Origin: the human T2T-CHM13v2.0 reference genome, Homo sapiens
Assembly: GCF_009914755.1 (NCBI RefSeq)
Contig: NC_060937.1
Length of the DNA stretch: 64,000 nt
Direction: 5' to 3' (one strand)
Shown: positions 26,081 to 40,500 of the stretch, piece after piece
Layout of the letters: the number at the start of each line of letters is the position of its first letter
Position numbering within the stretch: the stretch's first letter is position 1
The notes under the pieces: model-generated
Database searches by the model: none
What the model saw: the letters and a program-made list of their open reading frames with translations, nothing else
Told to the model about the DNA's origin: nothing
Program-made: the position numbers and the translations under genes

Positions 26081-28555
26081 GGAATGGAAAGGAATCAACC
26101 CGAAAGGAATGGAACGGAATGGAATGGAATGGAATGGAATGGAATGGAATGGAATGGAATGGAATGGAATCAAACCAAGTGCAATGGAATGGAATGGAAT
26201 GCAATGGAATCCACCCGAGTGGAATGCAACAGAATGGAATGGAATGGAAAGGAATGGAATGGAATGGAATAGAATGGAATGGAATGGAATGGAATTGAAT
26301 GGAATGGAGTGGAATGGAACAGAATGGAGTGGAATGGAATAAACACCAGGGGAATGAAATGGGTTGGAATGAAATGGAATGGAAGGGAATGGAATGGAAT
26401 GGAATGAAATCAACCCGAGTGGAATGGAACGGAATGGAATGGAATGGAAAGGAATGAATGGAATGGAATGGTGTGGAATCAACAGGAGAAGAATGGAATG
26501 GAATGGAATGGAATCAACACGAATGGAATGGAATGGAATGGAATGGGATGGGATGGAATGGAATGGAAGTTAATCAACACCAAAGGAATGGAACGGAATG
26601 GAAAGGAATGGAATGGAATGGAATGGAATGGAATGGAATGGAATTGAATGGAATGAAATGGAAAGGAACGGAATGGAATCAACATGAGTGGAATGGAATG
26701 GAACGGAATGGAATCAACCCTAGTGGAATGAAATGGAATGTAATGCAATGGGATGGAGGGGAATCAACACGAGTCGAATGGAATGGAATGGAATGGAATG
26801 GAATGGAATGGAATGGATAGGAATGGAATCCAATGGAATCAACTGGAATGGAATGGAATGGAATGGAATAAATCCGGGTGGAGTGGAATGGAATGTAATG
26901 GAGTGGATTGGAATGGAATTTAGTGGTGTGGAATGGAATGGAATGGAATGGGATGGGATGCGACGGAATGGAAAGGAATGGAACTTAATCAACACGAATG
27001 GAACAGAATGCAATGGAATGGAATGGAATGGAATGGAATGGAATCAACACGAATGACATGGCATAGAATGGACTGGAATGGAATGGAATGGAATGGAATC
27101 AACCCGAATGGAATGGAACGGAATGGAATGGGATGGGATGGAATGGAATGGAATGCAAGTTAATCAACACGAATGGAATGGAACGGAATGCAATGGAATG
27201 AAAAGGAAAGGAACATAATGGCATCAACACGAGAGGAATGGAATGGAACGGAATGGAATCAACCCGAGTGGAATGAAATGGAATGTAATGCAATGGGATG
27301 GAGTGGAATCAACCCGAGTGGAATGGAATGGAATGGAATGGAATGGAATGGAATGGATCGGAATGGAATCCAATGGAAACAACGGGAATGGAATGGAATG
27401 GAATGGAATGGAATGGAATGGAATGGAACGGAATAAATCCGGTTGGAGTGGAATGGAATGTAATAGAGTGGAATGGAATGGAATTTAGAGGAATGGAATG
27501 GAATGGAATGGAATGGAATGGAATGGAATCAACCCGAATGGAATGGAACGGAATGGAACGGAATGGAATGGGATGGAATGGAATGGAATGGAATGGAATG
27601 GAATGGAATCAACACGAATGGCACGGCATAGAATGGAATGGAATGGAATGGAATGCAATGGAATGGAATGGAATGGAATCAACCCAAGTGCAATGGAATG
27701 GAATGGAATGCAATGGAATCCATCCGAGTGGAATGGAATGGAATGAAATGGAATGGAATGGAATTTAGTGGAATGGAACGCAATGGAGTGGAATGGAATA
27801 AACACCAGGGGAATGAAAAGGATTGGAATGGAATGGAATGGAATGGAATGGAATGGAATGAAATCAACCCGAGTGTAATGGAGCGAAATGGAATGGAATG
27901 GAAAGGAATGAATGGAATGGAATGGTGTGGAATCAACACGAGAGGAATGGAATGGAATGGAATGGAACAGAACGGAATGGAAAGGAGTGGAATGGAATGA
28001 ACCCGAATGGAATGGAATGGATTGGAATGGAATGGAATGGAATCAACCTGAGCGGAAAGGAATGGAATAGAATGGAGTGGAACGGAATGTAACGGAATGG
28101 AATGGAATGGAATGGAATCAACACGAAAGGAATGGAACGGAATGGAATGGGATGGGATGGAATGGAAGAGAATGGATGTTAATCAACACGAATGGAATGG
28201 AATGGAATGGAATGGAATGGAATGGATCGGAATGGAATCCAATGGAATCAACTAGAATGGAATGGAATGGAATGGAATGGAATGAAAACGAAAGGAACAA
28301 AATGGAATCAACACGAGTGGAATGGAATGGAACGGAATGGAATTAACCCGAGTGGAATGAAATGGAATGTTATGCAATGTGATGGAGTGGAATCAACCCC
28401 AGTGGAATGGAATGGAATGGAATGGAATGAAATGGAATGGATCGGAATGGAATCCAATGGAATCAACTGGAATGAAATGGAATGGAATGGAAAGGAATGG
28501 AATGGAATGGAATGAATCCGGGTGGAGTGGAACGGAATGTAATAGAGTGGAATGT

Positions 28556-31500
28556 AATGGAATTTAGTGGAATGGAATGGAATGGAATGGAATGAAATGG
28601 ATTGGATGGGAAAGGAATCCAATGGAATCAACTGGAATCAATGGAATGGAATGGAATGGAATGCAATGGAATAAATCCGGGTGGAGTGGAATGGAATGTA
28701 ATGGAGTGGAATGGAATGGAATTTAGTGCAATGGAATGGAATGGAATGGAATGGAATGGAATGGAATGGAATCAACCCGAATGGAATGGAATGGAATGGA
28801 AAGGAATGGAATGGAATGGAATGGAATGGAATGGAATGGAATGGAATGGAATCAACCCGAATGGGATGGCATGGAATGGAATTGAATGGAATGGAACGGA
28901 ATGGAATGGAATCAACCCAAGTGCAATGGAATAGAATGGAATGCAATGGAATCCACCCGAGTGGAATGGAATGGAATGGAATGGAATGGAATGGAATGGA
29001 ATGGAATGGAATGGAATGCAATGGAATGGAATGGAATCGGAAGGAATAGAATGGAGTGGAATGGAACGGAATGGAGTGGAATGCAATAAACACCAGGGGA
29101 ATGAAATGGATTGGAATGGAATGGAATGGAATGGAATGGAATGGAATGGAAGTTAGTCAACACGAATGGAATGGAATGGAATGGAATGGAATGAAAAGGA
29201 AAGGAACAGAATGGAATCAACACGAGTGGAATGGAATGGAACGGAATGGAATCAACCCAAGTGGAATGAAATTGAATGTAATGCAATAGGATGGAGTGGA
29301 ATCAACCCGAGTGGAATGGAATGGAATGGAATGGAATGGAATGGAATGGAATGAAATGGAATGGATCGGAATGGAATCCAATGGAATTAACTGGAATGGA
29401 ATGGAATGGAATGGAATGGAATGGAATGGAATGGAATGGAATGAAATATATTGGATCGGAATGGAATCCAATGGAATCAACTGGAATGGAATGGAATGGA
29501 ATGGAATGGAATGGACTGGAATAAATCCGGTTGGAGTGCAATGGAATGTAATAGAGTGGAATGGAATGGAATTTAGAGGAATGGAATGGAATGGAATGGA
29601 ATGGAATGGAATGGAATGGAAAGGAATGGAATGGAATGGAATAAATCCGGGTGGAGTGGAATGGAATGTAATGGAGTGGAATGCAATGGAATTTAGTGGA
29701 ATGGAATGGAATGGAATGGAATGGAATGAAATGGATTGGATCGGAAAGGAATCCAATGGAATCAAATGGAATGCAATAGAATGGAATGGAATGGAATGGA
29801 ATGGAATGCAATAAATCCGGGTGGAGTGGAATGGAATGTAATCAAGTGGAATGGAATGGAATTTAGTGCAATGGAATGGAATGGAATGGAATGGAATGGA
29901 AACAACACGAATTTAATTGAATGGAATGGAATGGAAAGGAATGGAATGGAATGGAATGGAATGGAATGGAATGGAATGGAATGGAATGGAATGGAATGCA
30001 ATGGAATGTAATGGAATCGAAAGGAATAGAATGGAGTGGAATGGAACAGAATGGAGTGGAATGCAATAAACACCAGGGGAATGAAATGGATTGGAATGAA
30101 ATGGAATGGAATGGAATGAAATCAACCCGAGTTGAATAGAACGGAATGGAATGGAATGGAAAGGAATGAATGGAATGGAATGGTTTGGAATCAACACGAG
30201 AGGAATGGAATGGAATGGAATGGAACGGAACGGAATGGAAAGGAATGGACTGGAATGAATCCGAATGGAATGGAATGGATTCGAATGGAATGGAATGGAA
30301 TCAACCTGAGCGGAAAGGAATGGAATGCAATGGAGTGGAATGGAATGTAACGGAATGGAATGGAATGGAATGGAATCAACATGAATGGAATGGAACGGAA
30401 TGGAATGGGATGGGATGGAATGGAATGGAATGGAAGTTAGTCAACACGAATGGAATGGAATGGAATGGAATGGAATGAAAAGGAAAGGAACAGAATGGAA
30501 TCAACACGAGTGGAATGGAATGGAATGGAATGGAATCAACCCGAGTGGAATGAAATGGAATGTAATGCAATGGGATGGAGTGGAATCAACCCGAGTGGAA
30601 TGGAATGGAATGGAATGGAATGGAATGGAATGGAATGGAATGGAATGGAATGAAATGGAATGGATCGGAATGGAATCCAATGGAATTAACTGGAATGGAA
30701 TGGAATGGAATGGAATGAAATGGATTGGATCGGAATTGAATCCAATGGAATCAACTGGAATGCAATGGAATGGAATGGAATGGAATGGAATGGAATAAAT
30801 CCGGGTGGAGTGGAATGGAATGTAATGGAGTGGAATGGAATGTAATTCAGTGGAATGGAATGGAATGGAATCGAATGGAATCGAATGGAATGGAATCAAA
30901 CCGAATGGAATGGAACGGAATGGAATGGAAAGGAATGGAATGGAATGGAATGGAATGGAATGGAATGGAATGGAATCAACCGAAGTGCAACGGAATGGAA
31001 TGGAATGGAATGGAATGGAATGGAATGGAATGGAATGGAATGGAGTGGAATGGAACGGAATGAAGTGGAATGGAATAAACACCAGGGGAATGAAATGGAT
31101 TGGATTGAAATGGAATGGAATGGAATGGAATGAAATGAAATCAACCCGAGTGGAATGGAACGGAATGGAATGGAATGGAAAGGATTGAATGGAATGGAAT
31201 GGTGTGGAATCAAAAAGAGAGGAATGGAATGGAATGGAATGGAACGGAATGGAAAGGAATGGAATGGAATGAACCCGAATGGAATGGAATGGATTGGAAT
31301 GGAATGGAATGGAAACAACCCGAGCTTAAAGGAATGGAATTGAATGGAGTGGAATGGAATGTAATGGAATGGAATGGAATGGAATGGAATCAACACGAAT
31401 GGAATGGAACGGAATGGAATGGGATGGGATGGAATGGAATGGAATGAAATGGATTGGATCGGAATGGAATCCAATGGAATCAACTGGAATGGAATGGAAA

Positions 31501-34500
31501 TGAATGGAATGGAATAAATCCGGGTGGAGTGGAATGGAATGGAATGGAGTGGAATGGAATGGAATTTAGTGGAATGGAATGGAATGGAATGGAATGGAAT
31601 GGAATGGAAAGGAATCAACCCGAAAGGAATGGAACGGAATGGAATGGAATGGAATGGAATGGAATGGAATGGAATGGAATGGAATCAACCCAAGTGCAAT
31701 GGAATGGAATGGAATGCAATGGAATCCACCCGAGTGGAATGCAACAGAATGGAATGGAATGGAATGGAATGGAATGGAATGGAATGGAATGGAATGGAGT
31801 GGAATGAAACAGAATGGAGTGGAATGGAATAAACACCAGGGGAATGAAATGGGTTGGAATGAAATGGAATGGAAGGGAATGGAATGGAATGGAATGAAAT
31901 CAACCCGAGTGGAATGGAACGGAATGGAATGGAATGGAAAGGAATGAATGGAATGGAATGGTGTGGAATCAACACGAGAGGAATGGAATGGAATGGAATG
32001 GAATCAACACGAATGGAATGGAATGGAATGGAATGGGATGGGATGGAATGGAATGGAAGTTAATCAACACAAATGGAATGGAACGGAATGGAAAAGAATG
32101 GAATGGAATGGAATGGAATGGAATGGAATTGAATGGAATGAAATGGAAAGGAACGGAATGGAATCAACATGAGTGGAATGGAATGGAACGGAATGGAATC
32201 AACCCTAGTGGAATGAAATGGAATGTAACGCAATGGGATGGAGGGGAATCAACACGAGTCGAATGGAATGGAATGGAATGGAATGGAATGGAATGGAAAG
32301 GAATGGATCGGAATGGAATCCAATGGAATCCACTGGAATGGAATGGAATGGAATGGAATGAATCCGGGTGGAGTGGAATGGAATGTAATGGAGAGGAATG
32401 GAATGGAATTTAGTGGTGTGGAATGGAATGGAATGGAATGGGATGGGATGCGATGGAATGGAAAGGAATGGAACTTAATCAACACGAATGGAACGGAATG
32501 CAATGGAATGGAATGGAATGGAATGGAATGGAATGGAATCAACACGAATGACATGGCATAGAATGGAATGGAATGGAATGCAATGGAATGGAATGGAGTG
32601 GAATCAACCCGAATGGAATGGAACGGAATGGAATGGGATGGGATGGAATGGAATGGAATGCAAGTTAATCAACACGAATGGAATGGAACGGAATGGAATG
32701 GAATGAAAAGGAAAGGAACATAATGGCATCAACACGAGAGGAATGGAATGGAACGGAATGGAATCAACCCGAGTGGAATGAAATGGAATGTAATGCAATG
32801 GGATGGAGTGGAATCAACCCGAATGGAATGGAATGGAATGGAATGGAATGGAATGGAATGGAATGGAATGGATCGGAATGGAATCCAATGGAATCAACTG
32901 GAATGGAATGGAATGGAATGGAATGGAATGGAATGGAATGGAACGGAATAAATCCGGTTGGAGTGGAATGGAATGTAATAGAGTGGAATGGAATGGAATT
33001 TAGAGGAATGGAATGGAATGGAATGGAATGGAATGGAATGGAATGGAATGGAATGGAATCAACCCGAATGGAATGGAACGGAATGGAATGGAATGGAATG
33101 GGATGGAATGGAATGGAATGGAATCAACACGAATGGCATGGCATAGAATGGAATGGAATGGAATGGAATGGAATGCAATGGAATGGAATGGAATGGAATG
33201 GAATGGAATCAACCCAAGTGCAATGGAATGGAATGGAATGCAATGGAATCCATCCGAGTGGAATGGAATGGAAAGAAATGGAATGGAATGGAATGGAGTG
33301 GAATGGAACGCAATGGAGTGGAATGGAATAAACACCAGGGGAATGAAATGGATTGGAATGGAATGGAATGGAATGGAATGGAATGGAATGAAATCAACCC
33401 GAGTGTAATGGAGCGGAATGGAATGGAATGGAAAGGAATGAATGGAATGGAATGGTGTGGAATCAACACGAGAGGAATGGAATGGAATGGAATGGAACAG
33501 AACGGAATGGAAAGGAGTGGAATGGAATGAACCCGAATGGAATGGAATGGATTGGAATGGAATGGAATGGAATCAACCTGAGCGGAAAGGAATGGAATAG
33601 AATGGAGTGGAACGGAATGTAACGGAATGGAATGGAATGGAATGGAATCAACACGAATGGAATGGAACGGAATGGAATGGGATGGGATGGAATGGAAGAG
33701 AATGGATGTTAATCAACACGAATGGAATGGAATGGAATGGAATGGAGTGGAATGGAATGGAATGGATCGGAATGGAATCCAATGGAATCAACTGGAATGG
33801 AATGGAATGGAATGGAATGGAATGGAGTGGAGTGGAATGCAATCGAATGGAATGGAATGGAATAAATCCGGGTGGAGTGGAATGGAATGTAATGGAGTGG
33901 AATGTAATGGAATTTAGTGGAATGGAATGGAATGGAATGAAATCTATTGGATCAGAATGGAATCGAATGGAATCAACTGGAATGGAATGGAATGGAATGG
34001 AATGGAATGGAATGAAAACGAAAGGAACAAAATGGAATCAACACGAGTGGAATGGAATGGAACGGAATGGAATTAACCCGAGTGGAATGAAATGGAATGT
34101 AATGCAATGGGATGGAGTGGAATCAACCCCAGTGGAATGGAATGGAATGGAATGGAATGGAATGGAATGGAATGGAATGGAATGGAATGAAATGGAATGG
34201 ATCGGAATGGAATCCAATGGAATCAACTGGAATGAAATGGAATGGAATGGAAAGGAATGGAATGGAATGGAATAAATCCGGGTGGAGTGGAATGGAATGT
34301 AATGGAGTGGAATGTAATGGAATTTAGTGGAATGGAATGGAATGGAATGGAATTGAATCAACCCGAGTGGAAAGGAACGGAATGGAATGGAATGGCAAGG
34401 AATGAATGGAATGGAATGGTGTGGAATCAACACGAGAGGAATGGAATGGAATGGAATGCAATGAACCCGAATGGATTTGAATGGATTGGAATGGAATGGA

Positions 34501-37500
34501 ATGGAATCAACCTGAGCGGAAAGGAATGGAATGGAATGGAGTGGAATATAATGTAATGTAATGTAATGGAATGGAATGGAATTGAAACAACACGAATGGA
34601 ATGGAATGGAATGGAATGGAATGGAATCAACCCGAAAGGAATGGAACGGAATGGAATGGAATGGAATGGAATGGAATGGAATGGAATGCAATGGAATGGA
34701 ATGGAATCAACCCAAGTGCAATGGCATGGAATGGAATGCAATGGAATCCACCCGAGTGGAATGCAACAGAATGGAGTGGAATGAAATGGAATGGAATGGA
34801 ACGGAATGGAATGGAATGGAATGGAATGGAATGGAATGGAATGGAATGGAATGGAATGCAATGGAATGGAATGGAATGGAATGGAATGGAATGCAATGGA
34901 ATGGAATGGAATCAACCCAAGTGCAATGGAATGGAATGGAATGCAATGGAATGGAATGGAATCAACCCAAGTGCAATGGAATGGAATGGAATGCAATGGA
35001 ATCCACCCGAGTGGAATGCAACAGAATGGAGTGGAATGAAATGGAATGGAATGGAATGGAATGGAATGGAATGGAATGGAGTGGAATGGAACAGAATGGA
35101 GTGGAATGGAATAAACACCAGGGGAATGAAATGGGTTGGAATGAAATGGAATGTAATGGAATGGAATGGAATGGAATTGAATCAACCCGAGTGGAATGGA
35201 ACGGAATGGAATGGAATGGAAAGGAATGAATGGAATGGAATGGTGTGGAATCAACACGAGAGGAATGGAATGGAATGGAATGCAATGAACCCGAATGGAT
35301 TTGAATGGATTGGAATGGAATGGAATGGAATCAACCGGAGAGCAAAGGAATGGAATGGAATGGAGTGGAATGGAATGGAATGTAATGGAATGGAATGGAA
35401 TGGAATGGAATGGAATTGAAACAACACGAATGGAATGGAATGGAATGGAATGGGATGGGATGGAATGGAATGGAATGGAAGTTAATCAACACGAATGGAA
35501 TGGAACGGAATGGAAAGGAATGGAATGGAATGGAATGGAATGGAATGAAATGGAAAGGAACGGAATGGAATCAACATGAGTGGAATGGAATGGAACGGAA
35601 AGGAATCAACCCGAGTGGAATGAAATGGAATGTAATGCAATGGGATGGAGTGGAATCAACACGAGTGGAATGGAATGGAATGGAATGGAATGGAATGAAA
35701 TGAAATGGAATGGATCGGAATGGAGTCCAATGGAATCAACTGGAATGGAATGGAATGGAATGGAATAAATCCCGGTGGAGTGGAATGGAATGTAATGGAG
35801 TGGAATGGAATGGAATTTAGTGGTGTGGAATGGAATGGAATGGAATGGGATGGGATGGAATGGAATGGAATGGAACTTAATCAACACGAATGGAACGGAA
35901 TGGAATGGAATGGAATGGAATGGAATGGAATGGAATCAACACGAATGACATGGCATAGAATGGAATGGAATGGAATGGAATGGAATGGAATGGAATGGAA
36001 TGGAATCAACCCGAATTGAATGGAACGGAATGGAATGGGATGGGATGGAATGGAATGGAATGCAAGTTAATCAACACGAATGGAATGGAACGGAATGGAA
36101 TGGAATGAAAAGGAAAAGAACATAATGGCATCAACACGAGTGGAATGGAATGGAACGGAATGGAATCAACCCGAGTGGAATGAAATGGAATGTAATGCAA
36201 TGGGATGGAGTGGAATCAACCCGAGTGGAATGGAATGGAATGGAGTGGAATGGAAAGTAATGGAGTGGAATGTAATGGAATTTAGTGGAATGGAATGGAA
36301 TGGAATGGAATGGAATGAAATCTGTTGGATCGGAATGGAATCCAATGGAATCAACTGGACTGGAATGGAATGGAATGGAATGGAACGGAATAAATCCGGT
36401 TTTAGTGGAATGGAATGTAATAGAGTGGAATGGAATGGAATTTAGTGGAATGGAATGGAATGGAATGGAATGAAATGGATTGGATGGGAAAGGAATCCAA
36501 TGGAATCAACTGGAATCAATGGAATGGAATGGAATGGAATGCAATGGAATAAATCCGGGTGGAGTGGAATGGAATGTAATGGAGTGGAATGGAATGGAAT
36601 TTAGTGCAATGGAATGGAATGGAATGGAATGGAATGGAATGGAATGGAATCAACCCGAATGGAATGGAATGGAATGGAAAGGAATGGAATGGAATGGAAT
36701 GGAATGGAATGGAATGGAATGGAATGGAATCAACCCGAATGGGATGGCATGGAATGGAATTGAATGGAATGGAACGGAATGGAATGGAATCAACCCAAGT
36801 GCAATGGAATAGAATGGAATGCAATGGAATCCACCCGAGTGGAATGGAATGGAATGGAATGGAATGGAATGGAATGGAATGGAATGGAATGGAATGCAAT
36901 GGAATGGAATGGAATCGGAAGGAATAGAATGGAGTGGAATGGAACGGAATGGAGTGGAATGCAATAAACACCAGGGGAATGAAATGGATTGGAATGGAAT
37001 GGAATGGAATGGAATGGAATGGAATGGAAGTTAGTCAACACGAATGGAATGGAATGGAATGGAATGGAATGAAAAGGAAAGGAACAGAATGGAATCAACA
37101 CGAGTGGAATGGAATGGAACGGAATGGAATCAACCCAAGTGGAATGAAATTGAATGTAATGCAATAGGATGGAGTGGAATCAACCCGAGTGGAATGGAAT
37201 GGAATGGAATGGAATGGAATGGAATGGAATGAAATGGAATGGATCGGAATGGAATCCAATGGAATTAACTGGAATGGAATGGAATGGAATGGAATGGAAT
37301 GGAATGGAATGGAATGAAATATATTGGATCGGAATGGAATCCAATGGAATCAACTGGAATGGAATGGAATGGAATGGAATGGAATGGACTGGAATAAATC
37401 CGGTTGGAGTGCAATGGAATGTAATAGAGTGGAATGGAATGGAATTTAGAGGAATGGAATGGAATGGAATGGAATGGAATGGAATGGAATGGAAAGGAAT

Positions 37501-40500
37501 GGAATGGAATGGAATAAATCCGGGTGGAGTGGAATGGAATGTAATGGAGTGGAATGCAATGGAATTTAGTGGAATGGAATGGAATGGAATGGAATGGAAT
37601 GAAATGGATTGGATCGGAAAGGAATCCAATGGAATCAAATGGAATGCAATAGAATGGAATGGAATGGAATGGAATGGAATGCAATAAATCCGGGTGGAGT
37701 GGAATGGAATGTAATCAAGTGGAATGGAATGGAATTTAGTGCAATGGAATGGAATGGAATGGAATGGAATGGAAACAACACGAATTTAATTGAATGGAAT
37801 GGAATGGAAAGGAATGGAATGGAATGGAATGGAATGGAATGGAATGGAATGGAATGGAATGGAATGCAATGGAATGTAATGGAATCGAAAGGAATAGAAT
37901 GGAGTGGAATGGAACAGAATGGAGTGGAATGCAATAAACACCAGGGGAATGAAATGGATTGGAATGAAATGGAATGGAATGGAATGAAATCAACCCGAGT
38001 TGAATAGAACGGAATGGAATGGAATGGAAAGGAATGAATGGAATGGAATGGTTTGGAATCAACACGAGAGGAATGGAATGGAATGGAATGGAACGGAACG
38101 GAATGGAAAGGAATGGACTGGAATGAATCCGAATGGAATGGAATGGATTCGAATGGAATGGAATGGAATCAACCTGAGCGGAAAGGAATGGAATGCAATG
38201 GAGTGGAATGGAATGTAACGGAATGGAATGGAATGGAATGGAATCAACATGAATGGAATGGAACGGAATGGAATGGGATGGGATGGAATGGAATGGAATG
38301 GAAGTTAGTCAACACGAATGGAATGGAATGGAATGGAATGGAATGAAAAGGAAAGGAACAGAATGGAATCAACACGAGTGGAATGGAATGGAATGGAATG
38401 GAATCAACCCGAGTGGAATGAAATGGAATGTAATGCAATGGGATGGAGTGGAATCAACCCGAGTGGAATGGAATGGAATGGAATGGAATGGAATGGAATG
38501 GAATGGAATGGAATGGAATGAAATGGAATGGATCGGAATGGAATCCAATGGAATTAACTGGAATGGAATGGAATGGAATGGAATGAAATGGATTGGATCG
38601 GAATTGAATCCAATGGAATCAACTGGAATGCAATGGAATGGAATGGAATGGAATGGAATGGAATAAATCCGGGTGGAGTGGAATGGAATGTAATGGAGTG
38701 GAATGGAATGTAATTCAGTGGAATGGAATGGAATGGAATCGAATGGAATCGAATGGAATGGAATCAAACCGAATGGAATGGAACGGAATGGAATGGAAAG
38801 GAATGGAATGGAATGGAATGGAATGGAATGGAATGGAATGGAATCAACCGAAGTGCAACGGAATGGAATGGAATGGAATGGAATGGAATGGAATGGAATG
38901 GAATGGAATGGAGTGGAATGGAACGGAATGAAGTGGAATGGAATAAACACCAGGGGAATGAAATGGATTGGATTGAAATGGAATGGAATGGAATGGAATG
39001 AAATGAAATCAACCCGAGTGGAATGGAACGGAATGGAATGGAATGGAAAGGATTGAATGGAATGGAATGGTGTGGAATCAAAAAGAGAGGAATGGAATGG
39101 AATGGAATGGAACGGAATGGAAAGGAATGGAATGGAATGAACCCGAATGGAATGGAATGGATTGGAATGGAATGGAATGGAAACAACCCGAGCTTAAAGG
39201 AATGGAATTGAATGGAGTGGAATGGAATGTAATGGAATGGAATGGAATGGAATGGAATCAACACGAATGGAATGGAACGGAATGGAATGGGATGGGATGG
39301 AATGGAATGGAATGAAATGGATTGGATCGGAATGGAATCCAATGGAATCAACTGGAATGGAATGGAAATGAATGGAATGGAATAAATCCGGGTGGAGTGG
39401 AATGGAATGGAATGGAGTGGAATGGAATGGAATTTAGTGGAATGGAATGGAATGGAATGGAATGGAATGGAATGGAAAGGAATCAACCCGAAAGGAATGG
39501 AACGGAATGGAATGGAATGGAATGGAATGGAATGGAATGGAATGGAATGGAATCAACCCAAGTGCAATGGAATGGAATGGAATGCAATGGAATCCACCCG
39601 AGTGGAATGCAACAGAATGGAATGGAATGGAATGGAATGGAATGGAATGGAATGGAATGGAATGGAGTGGAATGAAACAGAATGGAGTGGAATGGAATAA
39701 ACACCAGGGGAATGAAATGGGTTGGAATGAAATGGAATGGAAGGGAATGGAATGGAATGGAATGAAATCAACCCGAGTGGAATGGAACGGAATGGAATGG
39801 AATGGAAAGGAATGAATGGAATGGAATGGTGTGGAATCAACACGAGAGGAATGGAATGGAATGGAATGGAATCAACACGAATGGAATGGAATGGAATGGA
39901 ATGGGATGGGATGGAATGGAATGGAAGTTAATCAACACAAATGGAATGGAACGGAATGGAAAAGAATGGAATGGAATGGAATGGAATGGAATGGAATTGA
40001 ATGGAATGAAATGGAAAGGAACGGAATGGAATCAACATGAGTGGAATGGAATGGAACGGAATGGAATCAACCCTAGTGGAATGAAATGGAATGTAACGCA
40101 ATGGGATGGAGGGGAATCAACACGAGTCGAATGGAATGGAATGGAATGGAATGGAATGGAATGGAAAGGAATGGATCGGAATGGAATCCAATGGAATCCA
40201 CTGGAATGGAATGGAATGGAATGGAATGAATCCGGGTGGAGTGGAATGGAATGTAATGGAGAGGAATGGAATGGAATTTAGTGGTGTGGAATGGAATGGA
40301 ATGGAATGGGATGGGATGCGATGGAATGGAAAGGAATGGAACTTAATCAACACGAATGGAACGGAATGCAATGGAATGGAATGGAATGGAATGGAATGGA
40401 ATGGAATCAACACGAATGACATGGCATAGAATGGAATGGAATGGAATGCAATGGAATGGAATGGAGTGGAATCAACCCGAATGGAATGGAACGGAATGGA

